From IMG/VR virus record IMGVR_UViG_3300042331_000303: a stretch of DNA of 64,000 bases. The stretch is one strand, 5' to 3'. This document shows, piece by piece, positions 34,119-43,721 of the stretch. Each line of letters starts with the position of its first letter. Position 1 is the stretch's first letter. The notes beneath the pieces are model-generated. The model saw only the letters and a list, made by a program, of their open reading frames with translations, ran no database searches and had not been told where the DNA came from. The translations under genes were made by a program, and so were the position numbers. Origin of the DNA: a virus. Taxonomy: Duplodnaviria > Heunggongvirae > Uroviricota > Caudoviricetes.

Positions 34119-34323
34119 CACCTACGCAGGAAGCCCCTCTCTTCCTGCACAATGGCCCGATAGAGTAATCGTTATCTCGCGGATTCTAAGTTCAGAGCGT
34201 GGACGAAAGCTGTTGAGGGGAGAACACGACACTCGACAACTGGCCTATCAAGCCGGATAACCCAGGGGCGGCCGCCGGCTATGCGGCCGCTCCACCACTT
34301 CTACCTCCTTCCGGAATAGACCA

Positions 34324-35088
34324 ATGCCGGTCAACTTCAAGGACGTGTTCGCACGGACGACCTACCCTTCGGGGGAAACCCACCTGAAGAAGATCGTGCT
34401 GGGAGACGGCCTCGGGACGATCCGAGCGGATGTCCGCAACTTCAACGACCTCTGCGATGTAGTCGTAGCCAATCGGCTGATGAAGCGGATCTACAACGAC
34501 GTCGAGATCGAGTGGTACATCCCCTACTTCCCGTTCGCCCGCGACGACCGGCGCAGCACACCCAACGATGGGTTCGAGCTGGAGCTGGCGCTCGACCTCG
34601 TGCGTCGGGAGAACCTCAACGTGGTCATCCTCGACCCCCATTCCGATGTGGCGGGGCAGCTTCCCCACATCACCCAAGCAAGCGTTGTGGCTCGATTCCG
34701 CAGCGTAGGCTTCATCCTTCCCACCGACCTGTTCGTCATCCCCGACGCAGGCGCGACCAAGAAGGCGTACACCTGGCTCGGCCGGAACGACTACGTGCAG
34801 GGCCTCAAGCAACGAGACACGGCGACCGGCAAGCTCTCCAACTTCCAGTTGCTCGACGCGGACAAGGTGAAGGGCCGAGACTGTGTGATCGTGGACGACA
34901 TCTGCGATGCCGGCGGCACGTTCCTCGGGCTGGCCAAGCTCCTGCGAGAGAACGGCGCCGCGAAGTTGACTCTGGTCGTCTCGCACGGCCTCTTCACCAA
35001 GGGCCGCGAAGTGCTCTCTCCTGCGTTCGACCACGTCTACGCCGCCAGCGACAACTACGATTTCTTCCCCCACTACCCCCGCTACTGA
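34324..35088 (+). CDS. ribose-phosphate pyrophosphokinase (Prs)-like phosphoribosyl-transferase-fold enzyme (candidate Adps)
   Basis: The protein has ILDPHSD, FVIPDAGATKKA, CVIVDDICDAGGTF (PRPP-binding) and LVVSHGLF motifs, which match Prs motifs. Confidence 0.75.
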   Translation: MPVNFKDVFARTTYPSGETHLKKIVLGDGLGTIRADVRNFNDLCDVVVANRLMKRIYNDVEIEWYIPYFPFARDDRRSTPNDGFELELALDLVRRENLNVVILDPHSDVAGQLPHITQASVVARFRSVGFILPTDLFVIPDAGATKKAYTWLGRNDYVQGLKQRDTATGKLSNFQLLDADKVKGRDCVIVDDICDAGGTFLGLAKLLRENGAAKLTLVVSHGLFTKGREVLSPAFDHVYAASDNYDFFPHYPRY

Positions 35089-35095
35089 GTCTCCC

Positions 35096-36559
35096 ATGCG
35101 CATCCCCACCCAGCACATCATCGACAGCTACAAGGCTGACCACCGCCGCCAGTACCCGCCGGGTACCGATCTGGTCTTCTCCAACTGGACTGGACGCAAG
35201 AGCCGCATCCCGGGGATCGAGGAGACCATCCACTTCGGCCTCTCCTACTACATCCAGGAGCTTCTGGAGCGTGGCTGGACCGAGCACTTCTTCTCGCAGC
35301 CCAAGGAGAAGGTCATCAAGAAGTACATCCGCCGGCTGGCGGCGTTCGGCGTGACCGCCCACCCAGACCACATGGAAGCCCTGCACGACCTCGGCTACCT
35401 CCCCATCGAGATCTGGAGCCTCCCGGAAGGGACGCGCGTTCCCATCGGAGTGCCGAGCTTCGTGATCTGGAACACGCACTGCGACTTCTCGTGGCTCACC
35501 AACTACTTGGAGACGAGTCTCTCGAACACGATCTGGCAGGCGACCACCTCGGCGACCCTCGCGGCCGAGTACCGCCGCATCCTCGACCACGTCGCCAAGA
35601 CCACTGGCGGCGCTCCCGAGTTCGTGAGCTGGCAGGCTCACGACTTCTCGGCCCGCGGGATGGCCGGGGTCGAATCCGCGGCTCTGTCGGGCGCGGGTCA
35701 CCTCACCTCATTCACGGGCTCCGACACGGTCTTCGCCGTAGACTTCGTGGAGGAATACTACGGGGCCGACGTCGACACGGAGCTGGTTGCCGGGTCGGTC
35801 CCCGCGACCGAGCACTCGGTGATGTGCGCCGGGTCGAAGGAAGGCGAGGTGGAAACCTACCGGCGCCTGCTCACTGAGGTCTACCCGACGGGGATTGCGT
35901 CCATCGTCTCGGACACCTGGGACTACTGGGGCGTCTGGACGAACATCCTTCCTCAGCTCCGCGACGTGATCCTCCAGCGAGATGGCAAGCTGGTCATCCG
36001 TCCCGACAGTGGAGACCCGGTGAAGGTCATCTGTGGCGACATCGACGCCCCCGAAGGCTCCCCCGCGTTCAAGGGCTCCTTCGAGCTGGCCTGGGAGCTG
36101 TTCGGAGGGACCGTCACCGACAAGGGCTACAAGGTGCTCGACCCCCACATCGGGCTCATCTACGGGGACTCCATCACCCTCGACCGAGCCGCACAGATCT
36201 GTGCGGGGCTCATGGCGAAGGGCTTCGTGCCGGGCATGGTCCTCGGCATCGGATCGTACACCTACCAGTACAACACGCGAGATACCTTCGGCTTCGCGAT
36301 GAAGGCGACCGCCTGTTCCGTCGAAGGAGAGCTGCGGGAGATCTTCAAGGACCCGAAGACCGACGACGGCACCAAGAAGTCCGCGCGGGGGCTGCTTGCG
36401 GTGTTCCGTGACGCCGAGGACAAGCTCTTCCTCAAGCAGCAGGCTTCGTGGCATGACGTGACGCACTGCGAGTTCCGAAAGGTCTTCAGCAACGGCTACT
36501 CGATGAACCTGCCTACCCTCGCTGAGATCCGCGACCGCGTCGCAGCAGGCCGCCTGTGA
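35096..36559 (+). CDS. nicotinamide phosphoribosyltransferase (NAMPT/NadV)-like enzyme (candidate Namat)
   Basis: The protein is 487 aa, the size of NadV. The gene lies 8 nt after the Prs-like gene. GSDT and GDS motifs are present. The family assignment rests on overall resemblance. Confidence 0.7.
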   Translation: MRIPTQHIIDSYKADHRRQYPPGTDLVFSNWTGRKSRIPGIEETIHFGLSYYIQELLERGWTEHFFSQPKEKVIKKYIRRLAAFGVTAHPDHMEALHDLGYLPIEIWSLPEGTRVPIGVPSFVIWNTHCDFSWLTNYLETSLSNTIWQATTSATLAAEYRRILDHVAKTTGGAPEFVSWQAHDFSARGMAGVESAALSGAGHLTSFTGSDTVFAVDFVEEYYGADVDTELVAGSVPATEHSVMCAGSKEGEVETYRRLLTEVYPTGIASIVSDTWDYWGVWTNILPQLRDVILQRDGKLVIRPDSGDPVKVICGDIDAPEGSPAFKGSFELAWELFGGTVTDKGYKVLDPHIGLIYGDSITLDRAAQICAGLMAKGFVPGMVLGIGSYTYQYNTRDTFGFAMKATACSVEGELREIFKDPKTDDGTKKSARGLLAVFRDAEDKLFLKQQASWHDVTHCEFRKVFSNGYSMNLPTLAEIRDRVAAGRL

Positions 36560-36765
36560 ACGCCTTCATGGCCTTCTTTGTTGGGTTCGTCGTGAGCATC
36601 ATGTTCCTCGCCGTCCTGTTGCCTGAGCCCGCCGCCACTCGTCGAGCCGCACTCTGCGAAGAAGCCTGCGACCCCGCCACAGCCCAAGTCCGAGAGGGCG
36701 ACTGCTGGTGTACGCAGGGCGACGTCTCCACCCGAATCACCCCCAAAGCATGGACGACCCCGTGA
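36556..36765 (+). CDS. small membrane protein (69 aa)
   Basis: A GTG start gives MNAFMAFFVGFVVSIMFLAVLL, a transmembrane helix. Confidence 0.4.
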   Translation: MNAFMAFFVGFVVSIMFLAVLLPEPAATRRAALCEEACDPATAQVREGDCWCTQGDVSTRITPKAWTTP

Positions 36766-37010
36766 CCACTCTGCCTCCGCCCGCTACGATGTCCCCCGAC
36801 GACTTCGCCTTCTACTCCAAGCAGCTCTACGAGATCGCCCTCACGCTCGGATGCCCCCCATCGGAGTGCCAGCCCGGCATGGTGCTCTTCCAGCGCGCCG
36901 GCAACGGCTGGATCCTCTACGCCGGAATCTGGGCTTCGGACGTGGTGGCGCCGGGGGCTGGCGACCGCCTCTCGGCGATCTCGGCCCTCTCGCTCCTCTC
37001 CGCAGTCTAA
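36750..37010 (+). CDS. hypothetical protein (86 aa)
   Basis: The ATG at 36750 gives MDDPVTTLPPPATMSPDDF... Confidence 0.4.
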   Translation: MDDPVTTLPPPATMSPDDFAFYSKQLYEIALTLGCPPSECQPGMVLFQRAGNGWILYAGIWASDVVAPGAGDRLSAISALSLLSAV

Positions 37011-37046
37011 CCCCAGTACCTCCGACCCATTCGAGTGGGCCTGCCC

Positions 37047-37075
37047 TTGACAGGTGACATACCGGCAGATACAAG
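37047..37075 (+). promoter_or_regulatory. promoter TTGACA-N17-TACAAG overlapping an AAGGAG ribosome-binding site
   Basis: TTGACA lies at 37047-37052 and TACAAG at 37070-37075; the ATG is at 37084. Confidence 0.4.
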
Positions 37076-37083
37076 GAGCAGCC

Positions 37084-37524
37084 ATGGCACCTTCCTCCCC
37101 CCAAGCCCGCGCTATCGCGCTCCTCGAATCGGTGGACTACTTCTCGGAGAAGTACGACACCTACATGGTCGTCTCCCGCGTTCTCGGGCTGCTGCGGGGG
37201 TACGCCCTCCCTGAAGAAGTCCTCCAGACGTACTCCTGCAAGACGTGCGACGCCGAAGGGATCAAGCTCTGGCGAGGCATCCATTCGAGCTGTGAGGGCT
37301 GGTGCGCGAAGTGTGCCTGTGCGCAGGCAGGTCTTCCCGACGACATCGACGAGGAAGGCCGGCGCATGGGAACGTATGGAACCTCCGACCAGATCTACTC
37401 GCCCCTGAAGGGTCTGAGCCTCCTCCCCTGGGTCCCCGCGCCAGACGGGGGGACGTGGGGCTACACCTCGGTTCCGCCCGAGGGCGTCGAGTGGTGGCGT
37501 GCGCTGCCGACGAGGCTCGCATGA
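37084..37524 (+). CDS. Cys-rich hypothetical protein (146 aa)
   Basis: The protein contains CKTCDAEG...CEGWCAKCAC. Confidence 0.55.
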   Translation: MAPSSPQARAIALLESVDYFSEKYDTYMVVSRVLGLLRGYALPEEVLQTYSCKTCDAEGIKLWRGIHSSCEGWCAKCACAQAGLPDDIDEEGRRMGTYGTSDQIYSPLKGLSLLPWVPAPDGGTWGYTSVPPEGVEWWRALPTRLA

Positions 37525-39116
37525 ACCTCCCCGCCTGCTGTGTGCGGTGCCTTCGGTACCAGCCGGGCCAGCCTCTCCCCTGTGATGCCGACCGGCCGAC
37601 GCTGGAGTGGCTCCGTGACGTCCTGCTGGGCGGCAGGACGGACTGCGGCCTCTGCCCCAGCTACACGCTCGCCCTGTCCACCGACCAGACGGCAGCGCTC
37701 GAACAGGTGAAGAGCCGCATCGAGGCGCACTGGGCGGCGCACAAGGCACACCAGAACGGCACCCGGGAAGAGGCGCCGGTGCGACCCAATCTCGTGCTGG
37801 CGGGTGCCGCCGGCACGGGCAAGACGACCATCCTGCTCGAACTGATCCGCACCTTCGTGGGCAAGGTCATCTTGCTGGCGGCGCCGACCGGAAAGGCTGC
37901 GGCGCGGCTCCGAGAGATCACAGGAGAGCAGACTCGGACCATGCACGGTCTGATCTACCTCGCGCCGGAGGACCAAGGGAAGTGTCCAGCCTGCGAGGTC
38001 TGGTCGAAGGAACTGGCGATATCCAAGCTCGACATGCGGAAGAAGGGCCTCACGGACCGATCCTGCCCGACCTGCAACGCGACCTTCCCGCTCGACCAAG
38101 AGATCGAAGCCAAGCTCGTCTTCAAGGATTCCAAGGCAATCGGAGAGATGGCGCCTCCGGACTTGGTCATCGTGGACGAAGCCTCAATGGTCAACACGCA
38201 GCTCCACGCGGACTTCTTTCGAGCGCTCCACACCCGGTGCGCCGTCCTCTACGTTGGAGATCGCGAGCAGCTCCCGCCGGTCGATGGGCAGTGGGGCCCC
38301 GACTTCGCCAACCCCGCGGGCCTGCTCGACCAAGTCCACCGGCAGGCGCTCAACAGCCCCATCATCCTCGCCGCGACTCAGCTCCGCAAGGGGCAGTGGT
38401 CGCGGCCGTTCCCGGCGCCGACGACCGAGCTGCTCAAGGTGTTCCGCAACGCCACTCCGACCATGGCGGCGGAGTGGCTGGTAGCCCACCGGGAGCAGAA
38501 CATCGACGCGACCTTGCTCACCTACACCAACGCGACTCGGCAGAGTCTCAATGTGATCGTTCGCAAGATGCGCGGACTGACGGAAGCTCCGACGCCGCTG
38601 GCGCAGGGAGATCGGATGGTCTCCCTCTGCAACAACGACTCGCTGGGCTGCATGAACGGCGAAGTGTTCGTCGTGGAAGACGCCTTCTACGTGATGGAGG
38701 GCGTGCTCAAGGTCACCCTCCGCGAGCGCCCGACGGCTGAGGTCTACGTCCCATCCGAGATCATGGGACAGCCTCGGATCGAATACACCTCGTTCATGCG
38801 TTCCGTGCGAGGCAAGTGGGACCGAGCCATCGAGCGATGGCAGAAGCAGATCGACGCCCACACGCGAAAGTACCCGGACGGCGAGAGCTACGCTCGCCAG
38901 TTCCTCCGCCTCCTTCCTCCAGATGCCTTCCTGCACGCGGACTACGGGGAGTGCCTCACCACGCACAAGAGCCAAGGATCGGAATGGCCCGCAGTCGGTC
39001 TGGTTTGGGACCGAGCTTGCTGGGGGATGTGGAAGAACGCACCGGAGGACGCCCGTCGCTGGGCCTACACGGCGCTGACTCGGGCGCGTGAGTCCTTCGC
39101 TGTCTTCTTCCTCTGA
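37521..39116 (+). CDS. RecD/Dda-like superfamily-1 DNA helicase
   Basis: The protein has GAAGTGKTT (Walker A), VIVDEASMV (Walker B) and VGDREQLPPV. The likely start is the ATG at 37521, overlapping the upstream stop as ATGA. The ORF track start at 37302 is upstream and out of context. Confidence 0.85.
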   Translation: MNLPACCVRCLRYQPGQPLPCDADRPTLEWLRDVLLGGRTDCGLCPSYTLALSTDQTAALEQVKSRIEAHWAAHKAHQNGTREEAPVRPNLVLAGAAGTGKTTILLELIRTFVGKVILLAAPTGKAAARLREITGEQTRTMHGLIYLAPEDQGKCPACEVWSKELAISKLDMRKKGLTDRSCPTCNATFPLDQEIEAKLVFKDSKAIGEMAPPDLVIVDEASMVNTQLHADFFRALHTRCAVLYVGDREQLPPVDGQWGPDFANPAGLLDQVHRQALNSPIILAATQLRKGQWSRPFPAPTTELLKVFRNATPTMAAEWLVAHREQNIDATLLTYTNATRQSLNVIVRKMRGLTEAPTPLAQGDRMVSLCNNDSLGCMNGEVFVVEDAFYVMEGVLKVTLRERPTAEVYVPSEIMGQPRIEYTSFMRSVRGKWDRAIERWQKQIDAHTRKYPDGESYARQFLRLLPPDAFLHADYGECLTTHKSQGSEWPAVGLVWDRACWGMWKNAPEDARRWAYTALTRARESFAVFFL

Positions 39117-39197
39117 CCGAGATAATCAGCCGAACTGAAATATCTGCATGGACTGGATTGACAAGCCAGCCCACCGAGATAAGAGAAGAGGACCAAG

Positions 39198-40274
39198 ATG
39201 AACCCCCCCACCCTGCCAGTCCTGCCAGCCACCCTGTCGAACCTACAAGGTGCTCGTCTCGGGTCGATCGTGCAGATCATGCTTGGCACTGCGTCGTATG
39301 CCTACAAGAAGGTCTCGGAGAATGAGCCTGCATGGCGGCTCATCATGCGTGCTGGTGGTCTCGCTTCCAGCCGTCAGCTCTCTGACGAACCTACCGCCTT
39401 GTTCCATCAGACGCAGGTCGCCGTGCCAGAGGGGAAGGACGCTGCGGTGTACCGCTCCTTGCCTCCGGGATCTGTGGTCTGGATGCGATCTACGTTGGCT
39501 GGAGAATGGACTCGGCACGCGCGGGAAGAAACCAGCACCCTCACTTCGGGGGACATCATCGTCACTGAACTGGGGCCTGCTGTCCCTGCAACTCCTCCGG
39601 AGCCTTCCATGACCATCTCGCTCTACGACATCCAGCAGGCCGCTGTCGGCTCGACGCTCCAGACGAGCGTAGTAGGTACGCTCTTTGGCAAGACGGGCCT
39701 CAACCAGTGGAACTCCGTGAGCGGCAAGCCCACGAACTACTCCGACGCGCAGATCTCCTCGTGGTGTCGCTCGACCTCTGTCTTGCGTGCTCCCTCAGAT
39801 CGGACTTCCGAACTACTGGGCGCTCTCGCAGGCGCCGCCGCCCCATCTTCAACCAGCAAGGACAACAACATGGCCAACCGCCCCGCCGACTTCTCCGCCT
39901 CCGCTTCCGAAACCCTCGACATGCTCAAGGAGGCGACCGCCACGGGCATCAAGGCCGGGCTCGCGTCCGAGCTGGCCGACCGCCTCGTCGAGACCATCGA
40001 GAGCAAGTTCGGCAGCGCGCCGATGTACCCGGCGCTGCTCAAGACCCCTCTCGGCCGCCGCGGCCTCTCCTACGGTGCCCCGGTGCTCCTCTACTTCCTC
40101 GCCGCCACGTTCCCGGAGCGCATCCCGGTGAACGCCGACGGGGTCAAGGCCGCCGCCCGCTACGCGGTCATCGGCCACTCGGTCAAGCTCATCGCGCCGC
40201 TCTTCGCCCTGCTCACCCCGCTCTGGGAAGAGCTGGCGAACTTCGCCAAGTCCGAACTGCGCGAAGTCAAGTAG
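39198..40274 (+). CDS. hypothetical protein (358 aa)
   Basis: ORF track; a TTGACA-N17-TAAGAG promoter lies upstream at about 39158-39186. Confidence 0.55.
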   Translation: MNPPTLPVLPATLSNLQGARLGSIVQIMLGTASYAYKKVSENEPAWRLIMRAGGLASSRQLSDEPTALFHQTQVAVPEGKDAAVYRSLPPGSVVWMRSTLAGEWTRHAREETSTLTSGDIIVTELGPAVPATPPEPSMTISLYDIQQAAVGSTLQTSVVGTLFGKTGLNQWNSVSGKPTNYSDAQISSWCRSTSVLRAPSDRTSELLGALAGAAAPSSTSKDNNMANRPADFSASASETLDMLKEATATGIKAGLASELADRLVETIESKFGSAPMYPALLKTPLGRRGLSYGAPVLLYFLAATFPERIPVNADGVKAAARYAVIGHSVKLIAPLFALLTPLWEELANFAKSELREVK

Positions 40275-40385
40275 CGCTCCCCGCCGACCCTGCCCGCTGA
40301 CCCCTGCCGCCCAACCAGCAGCAGGGGTTCGGGCACTCGTGCGCCCTGATCCCACAACCTGCCATCCTGCACCCGGAGCACCCCC

Positions 40386-42869
40386 ATGAAGTTCGCCCTC
40401 CGAAACTACGCTGGTCAGATCAAGAAGTTCTTCATCGCCGAGGAGCGGACGCTCCCTCCGGTTTCGCTCTCCGCGGAGGTCGGGCACCACATCCTCGTGG
40501 TCGACCGCTCCGGCTCCATGTACTACTCGATGACCGAGCTTCGCTCGATGGTCGAGAAGGTGCTGACCATCGAGGAGTTCGCCAACGCCGGCCAGCTCGT
40601 CAGCCTGTTGTCCTACTCCTCGCAGGGCGACCTCACGGTCCACTTCGAGCGGACGCCCGTGCAGGATGTCCTCGCTCCAGGCTCCCACCACGTCGAGTCG
40701 ATCCGCCAGCTCCGCGCCACCGCGTTCACCTGCGTCTCGCAGGCTCTGGAGTACGCCTCCAAGCTCGTCCGCCCTACCGAGACGACCGGCGTCAGCGTCC
40801 ACACCGACGGCTATTTCAACGACCGTTCCCCGACGCTGGAGCAGCGCGCCATCGACCGTTGGATCGAACAGATGCGCCCGGCCAAGAACGTGTTCGTGAA
40901 CACCATCGCCTATGGCGGCTGGTGTGACTACGTTCTGCTCGATCGAATGGCCAACGCGCTCTCCGGCAAGATGGTCCGAGCTTCGACTGCCAAGGACGTC
41001 TACCAAGCGCTCCACGACACGTCCAAGCTGCTCGCCGGCCGCACCGTGCCTTCGGTCACGTTGGACTCCGACGGCTCGTGGCAGGTCGCCTACGCCCCGA
41101 AGGCGCGCAAGGTCAACGGGACCGCGCAGGACATCACGCTCCGCGGCCTGAGCCCCGACGAGACGCCGCGGGTCTGGCGCTTCCGGCAGGTAACGGAAGC
41201 GGCCTACCGCAAGTCGCAGGAAGTCGAGAACGGCGACCTCACGCCCATCTACGCCTTCGCCCGTACCTCGCTGGCCGCCGGCCGCCTCAACGACGCGAAG
41301 TACGCCTTCGTCACGACCCGCGACGCCCGGCTCGGGCAGTTCGCCAAGGCCATCACGCCGGAGCAGCTCGCGGACTTCGCTGAGGCCCTCGACGGGGCGC
41401 TCTACGGTCGTCCTGGTGTCTACACCGCGGAGGGCACCGGCTACGGGCTGTCGGGAGGGAAGTGTTCGATCCCGCAGCTCTGCGACATCCTCCTCCACCA
41501 CCGGAACTCGTGGTCTCTCGACCTCCCCACCTTCCTCGCGGGCTACCAGAAGCGCGGGCTGAAGCGTCTTCAGGGGAGCTGGGTGACCGACCCGGAGACG
41601 AACGAGACCACCTTCGTCCCCGCGTCATACAATCTGGTGAGCACGGAGGACCAGACCTGCCTCTCGGTCTCGGCGTTCGAGTTCAACAACTCCACGGCTA
41701 CGATCAACATGCTCGTGACGCAGAAGGCGAACCTGACCGACGCCAAGACGGGCAAGGTCATCCCGATGGTGGGAGGACAGAAGCTCGATCTGCGCCAGCA
41801 CAACTTCTACACCCTCGTCGGAGACGGTACGGTCAACGCCAAGGTGCTCCCGATCTTCGTGGCGACCCAGAGCCTCTGGCGATCGCTCGTCTCCCTCGGT
41901 GTGGCGGAAGACAACGGCTTCCGACCCGGCCAGCCCCACGTCATCGACCTGACCGAGCTTCCGGTCCTCGACTACGCCAGCGACCTAGCTCCGCCCATGG
42001 ACGTGTTCAGCCAGCTCGCCGGCTGCAAGATCCTGCTGAGCCTCATCAACGCCGCTCTTCCGGCCGGCGGCGAGGCCGCTCTCGACCTGACGGACGAGCA
42101 GAAGGCCGATCTGTCGGCGCACGACCTCACGGCCAAGCTCAACTTCTCGCCGCCGACGACGACGCCCTACACCGATCTGGCCGTTGCCGTGGCGACGGGG
42201 TTGGTAGACCTCCGGACGAGCTACAAGGTCGAGTTCCTCGGGACGGACATCGCGGGGCTCGGAGACCTGTACTCGGCCAACGCGGCGGTGCAGCGATACC
42301 TGACGGCCAAGAAGGACGACAAGGAGCTGGAGAAGTTCACGGTCGCTGATGCGCTCGCGGATGGCGTCTCGATCTCGCTGACGCCGCCGAAGAAGCTCAA
42401 CTCGGTGGATGCCTTCACCCTCCCGTACATCTGTGACTTCTTCCGCGTCGGGTACAACAAGGAGCACTTCATGACCATCACGGCGCTGCTCAAGGAGACC
42501 GGCTACTCGGGCAAGTGGCTCGCGGACTACCTGCCGGAGAAGCTCGTCGAGATCAAGAAGTACGTCGAGGAGTACCAGGAGGGCCTCTACAGCAGTCAGG
42601 TCCGGCCCGCTGCGTTCTACATCGGTTCCACCGGCATGCTCCCCGACACCTGGGGCGAGGTGCCGGCGCTCGATGCTGACAGCCTCAAGGCGCGCATCCC
42701 GACGCTCGGCCTGACCAAGAAGCAGAAGGAGAACGGCACCTTCTTCGTCCTCGACAAGATCGAGGGACAGACGCTGATGGTCCTTGGCGTCTACGCGGAG
42801 AACGTCCCCTTCTCGACCCCGGCAGGTGTGGCTGCGGCGAAGGCAATCTCGTCCGTCGAAGCCGAATGA
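40386..42869 (+). CDS. von Willebrand factor A (vWA) domain protein (827 aa)
   Basis: HHILVVDRSGSMYYSMTEL matches the DxSxS MIDAS motif at the start of a vWA fold. The rest of the protein is a long extension with no recognised motifs. Confidence 0.75.
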   Translation: MKFALRNYAGQIKKFFIAEERTLPPVSLSAEVGHHILVVDRSGSMYYSMTELRSMVEKVLTIEEFANAGQLVSLLSYSSQGDLTVHFERTPVQDVLAPGSHHVESIRQLRATAFTCVSQALEYASKLVRPTETTGVSVHTDGYFNDRSPTLEQRAIDRWIEQMRPAKNVFVNTIAYGGWCDYVLLDRMANALSGKMVRASTAKDVYQALHDTSKLLAGRTVPSVTLDSDGSWQVAYAPKARKVNGTAQDITLRGLSPDETPRVWRFRQVTEAAYRKSQEVENGDLTPIYAFARTSLAAGRLNDAKYAFVTTRDARLGQFAKAITPEQLADFAEALDGALYGRPGVYTAEGTGYGLSGGKCSIPQLCDILLHHRNSWSLDLPTFLAGYQKRGLKRLQGSWVTDPETNETTFVPASYNLVSTEDQTCLSVSAFEFNNSTATINMLVTQKANLTDAKTGKVIPMVGGQKLDLRQHNFYTLVGDGTVNAKVLPIFVATQSLWRSLVSLGVAEDNGFRPGQPHVIDLTELPVLDYASDLAPPMDVFSQLAGCKILLSLINAALPAGGEAALDLTDEQKADLSAHDLTAKLNFSPPTTTPYTDLAVAVATGLVDLRTSYKVEFLGTDIAGLGDLYSANAAVQRYLTAKKDDKELEKFTVADALADGVSISLTPPKKLNSVDAFTLPYICDFFRVGYNKEHFMTITALLKETGYSGKWLADYLPEKLVEIKKYVEEYQEGLYSSQVRPAAFYIGSTGMLPDTWGEVPALDADSLKARIPTLGLTKKQKENGTFFVLDKIEGQTLMVLGVYAENVPFSTPAGVAAAKAISSVEAE

Positions 42870-43201
42870 GCCGCATCCTCGAAGCAGAGCTGGAGCTGTG
42901 CCCGGCCTGTGGTGCCTTCCACCGCCACCGGGCTGGGATGCCGGCGACGGCGGCTGCCATCGACTACCTCATGGAGGAGATCGGACTCGACCTGCTCGAC
43001 ACCTGTGCGGACCTTCTGGTTTGTGGTTCCTGCGGTCAGCAGGAGATCCTCGACGCCGAGTTGTTCGAGCGGGCTTCCGAGCAGTGCAGTGGTTACGTTG
43101 GGTGGGACGCCATCTCTGGCGACCCCATCTTTCACCTTCGCCCGCGCTGGTTGGCCGGGCTCTCACCTTGGCAAGCTCCCGGGAACGTAGCCTGCGCGTG
43201 A
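42866..43201 (+). CDS. zinc-ribbon hypothetical protein (111 aa)
   Basis: The protein contains CPACGAF...CGSCGQQ. The start forms an ATGA overlap. Confidence 0.5.
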   Translation: MSRILEAELELCPACGAFHRHRAGMPATAAAIDYLMEEIGLDLLDTCADLLVCGSCGQQEILDAELFERASEQCSGYVGWDAISGDPIFHLRPRWLAGLSPWQAPGNVACA

Positions 43202-43289
43202 TTCCTCTGTTCGGTGGCGTGCTTCCCACCGCTTCACGCGCACCCAAAGGCCCGTTTCCGGGAGCCTGCCCTCCCTCCACCTGTGAGCC

Positions 43290-43721
43290 ATGAACACCGT
43301 CGCAACCTTGCTCGATGCGCCCTTCAATGAGCTGGTCGAGGACGACACGATGCGGCCCGAGCAAGTCTCGCCAGAGATGGCGGCGGAGCTGCGCGAGCCA
43401 GAGAATGCCGTTCGCTGGCGGCTCGCTCTCGTCCGGAAGAAGCTGAAGATCCAGACCTCTCTCCGCGCGGCGAACCTGAACCTCCGGGAGGGCATGGGCA
43501 ACCGGAGCGAGCTTCTGACGCGCCGCAACCGAACGGCCTTCGCCCTCGGGCGCGTCGAGCTTCGCCTCCTCGAAGCGGCGGCTGGCGTCAAGGCGCGACG
43601 GAACCGCGCGTTCGATTCCCGCACGCTCCTCGACCGGGCGCAAGCGCTTCTTCTCACGATCTCGCCGAAGGATCCGAGGGTCCTCAAGTGGATCGAGGAC
43701 CGCGAGAAGGATGCCCCCTAA
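43290..43721 (+). CDS. hypothetical protein (143 aa)
   Basis: ORF track. Confidence 0.5.
   Translation: MNTVATLLDAPFNELVEDDTMRPEQVSPEMAAELREPENAVRWRLALVRKKLKIQTSLRAANLNLREGMGNRSELLTRRNRTAFALGRVELRLLEAAAGVKARRNRAFDSRTLLDRAQALLLTISPKDPRVLKWIEDREKDAP

Noticed and set aside
33782-34260. ORFs 33782..34150 (minus) and 34018..34260 (plus) across the tRNA-like region
   Set aside because: They overlap clear tRNA structural motifs (D-arm, T-arm, CCA). The translations have no protein-like character.
37302-37520. N-terminal 73-aa extension of the RecD-like helicase as given by the ORF track
   Set aside because: The extension (MREVCLCAGRSSRRHRRGRPAHG...) is Arg-rich junk that overlaps the real upstream gene 37084..37524 in another frame. 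The ATG at 37521 forms the typical ATGA coupled start.
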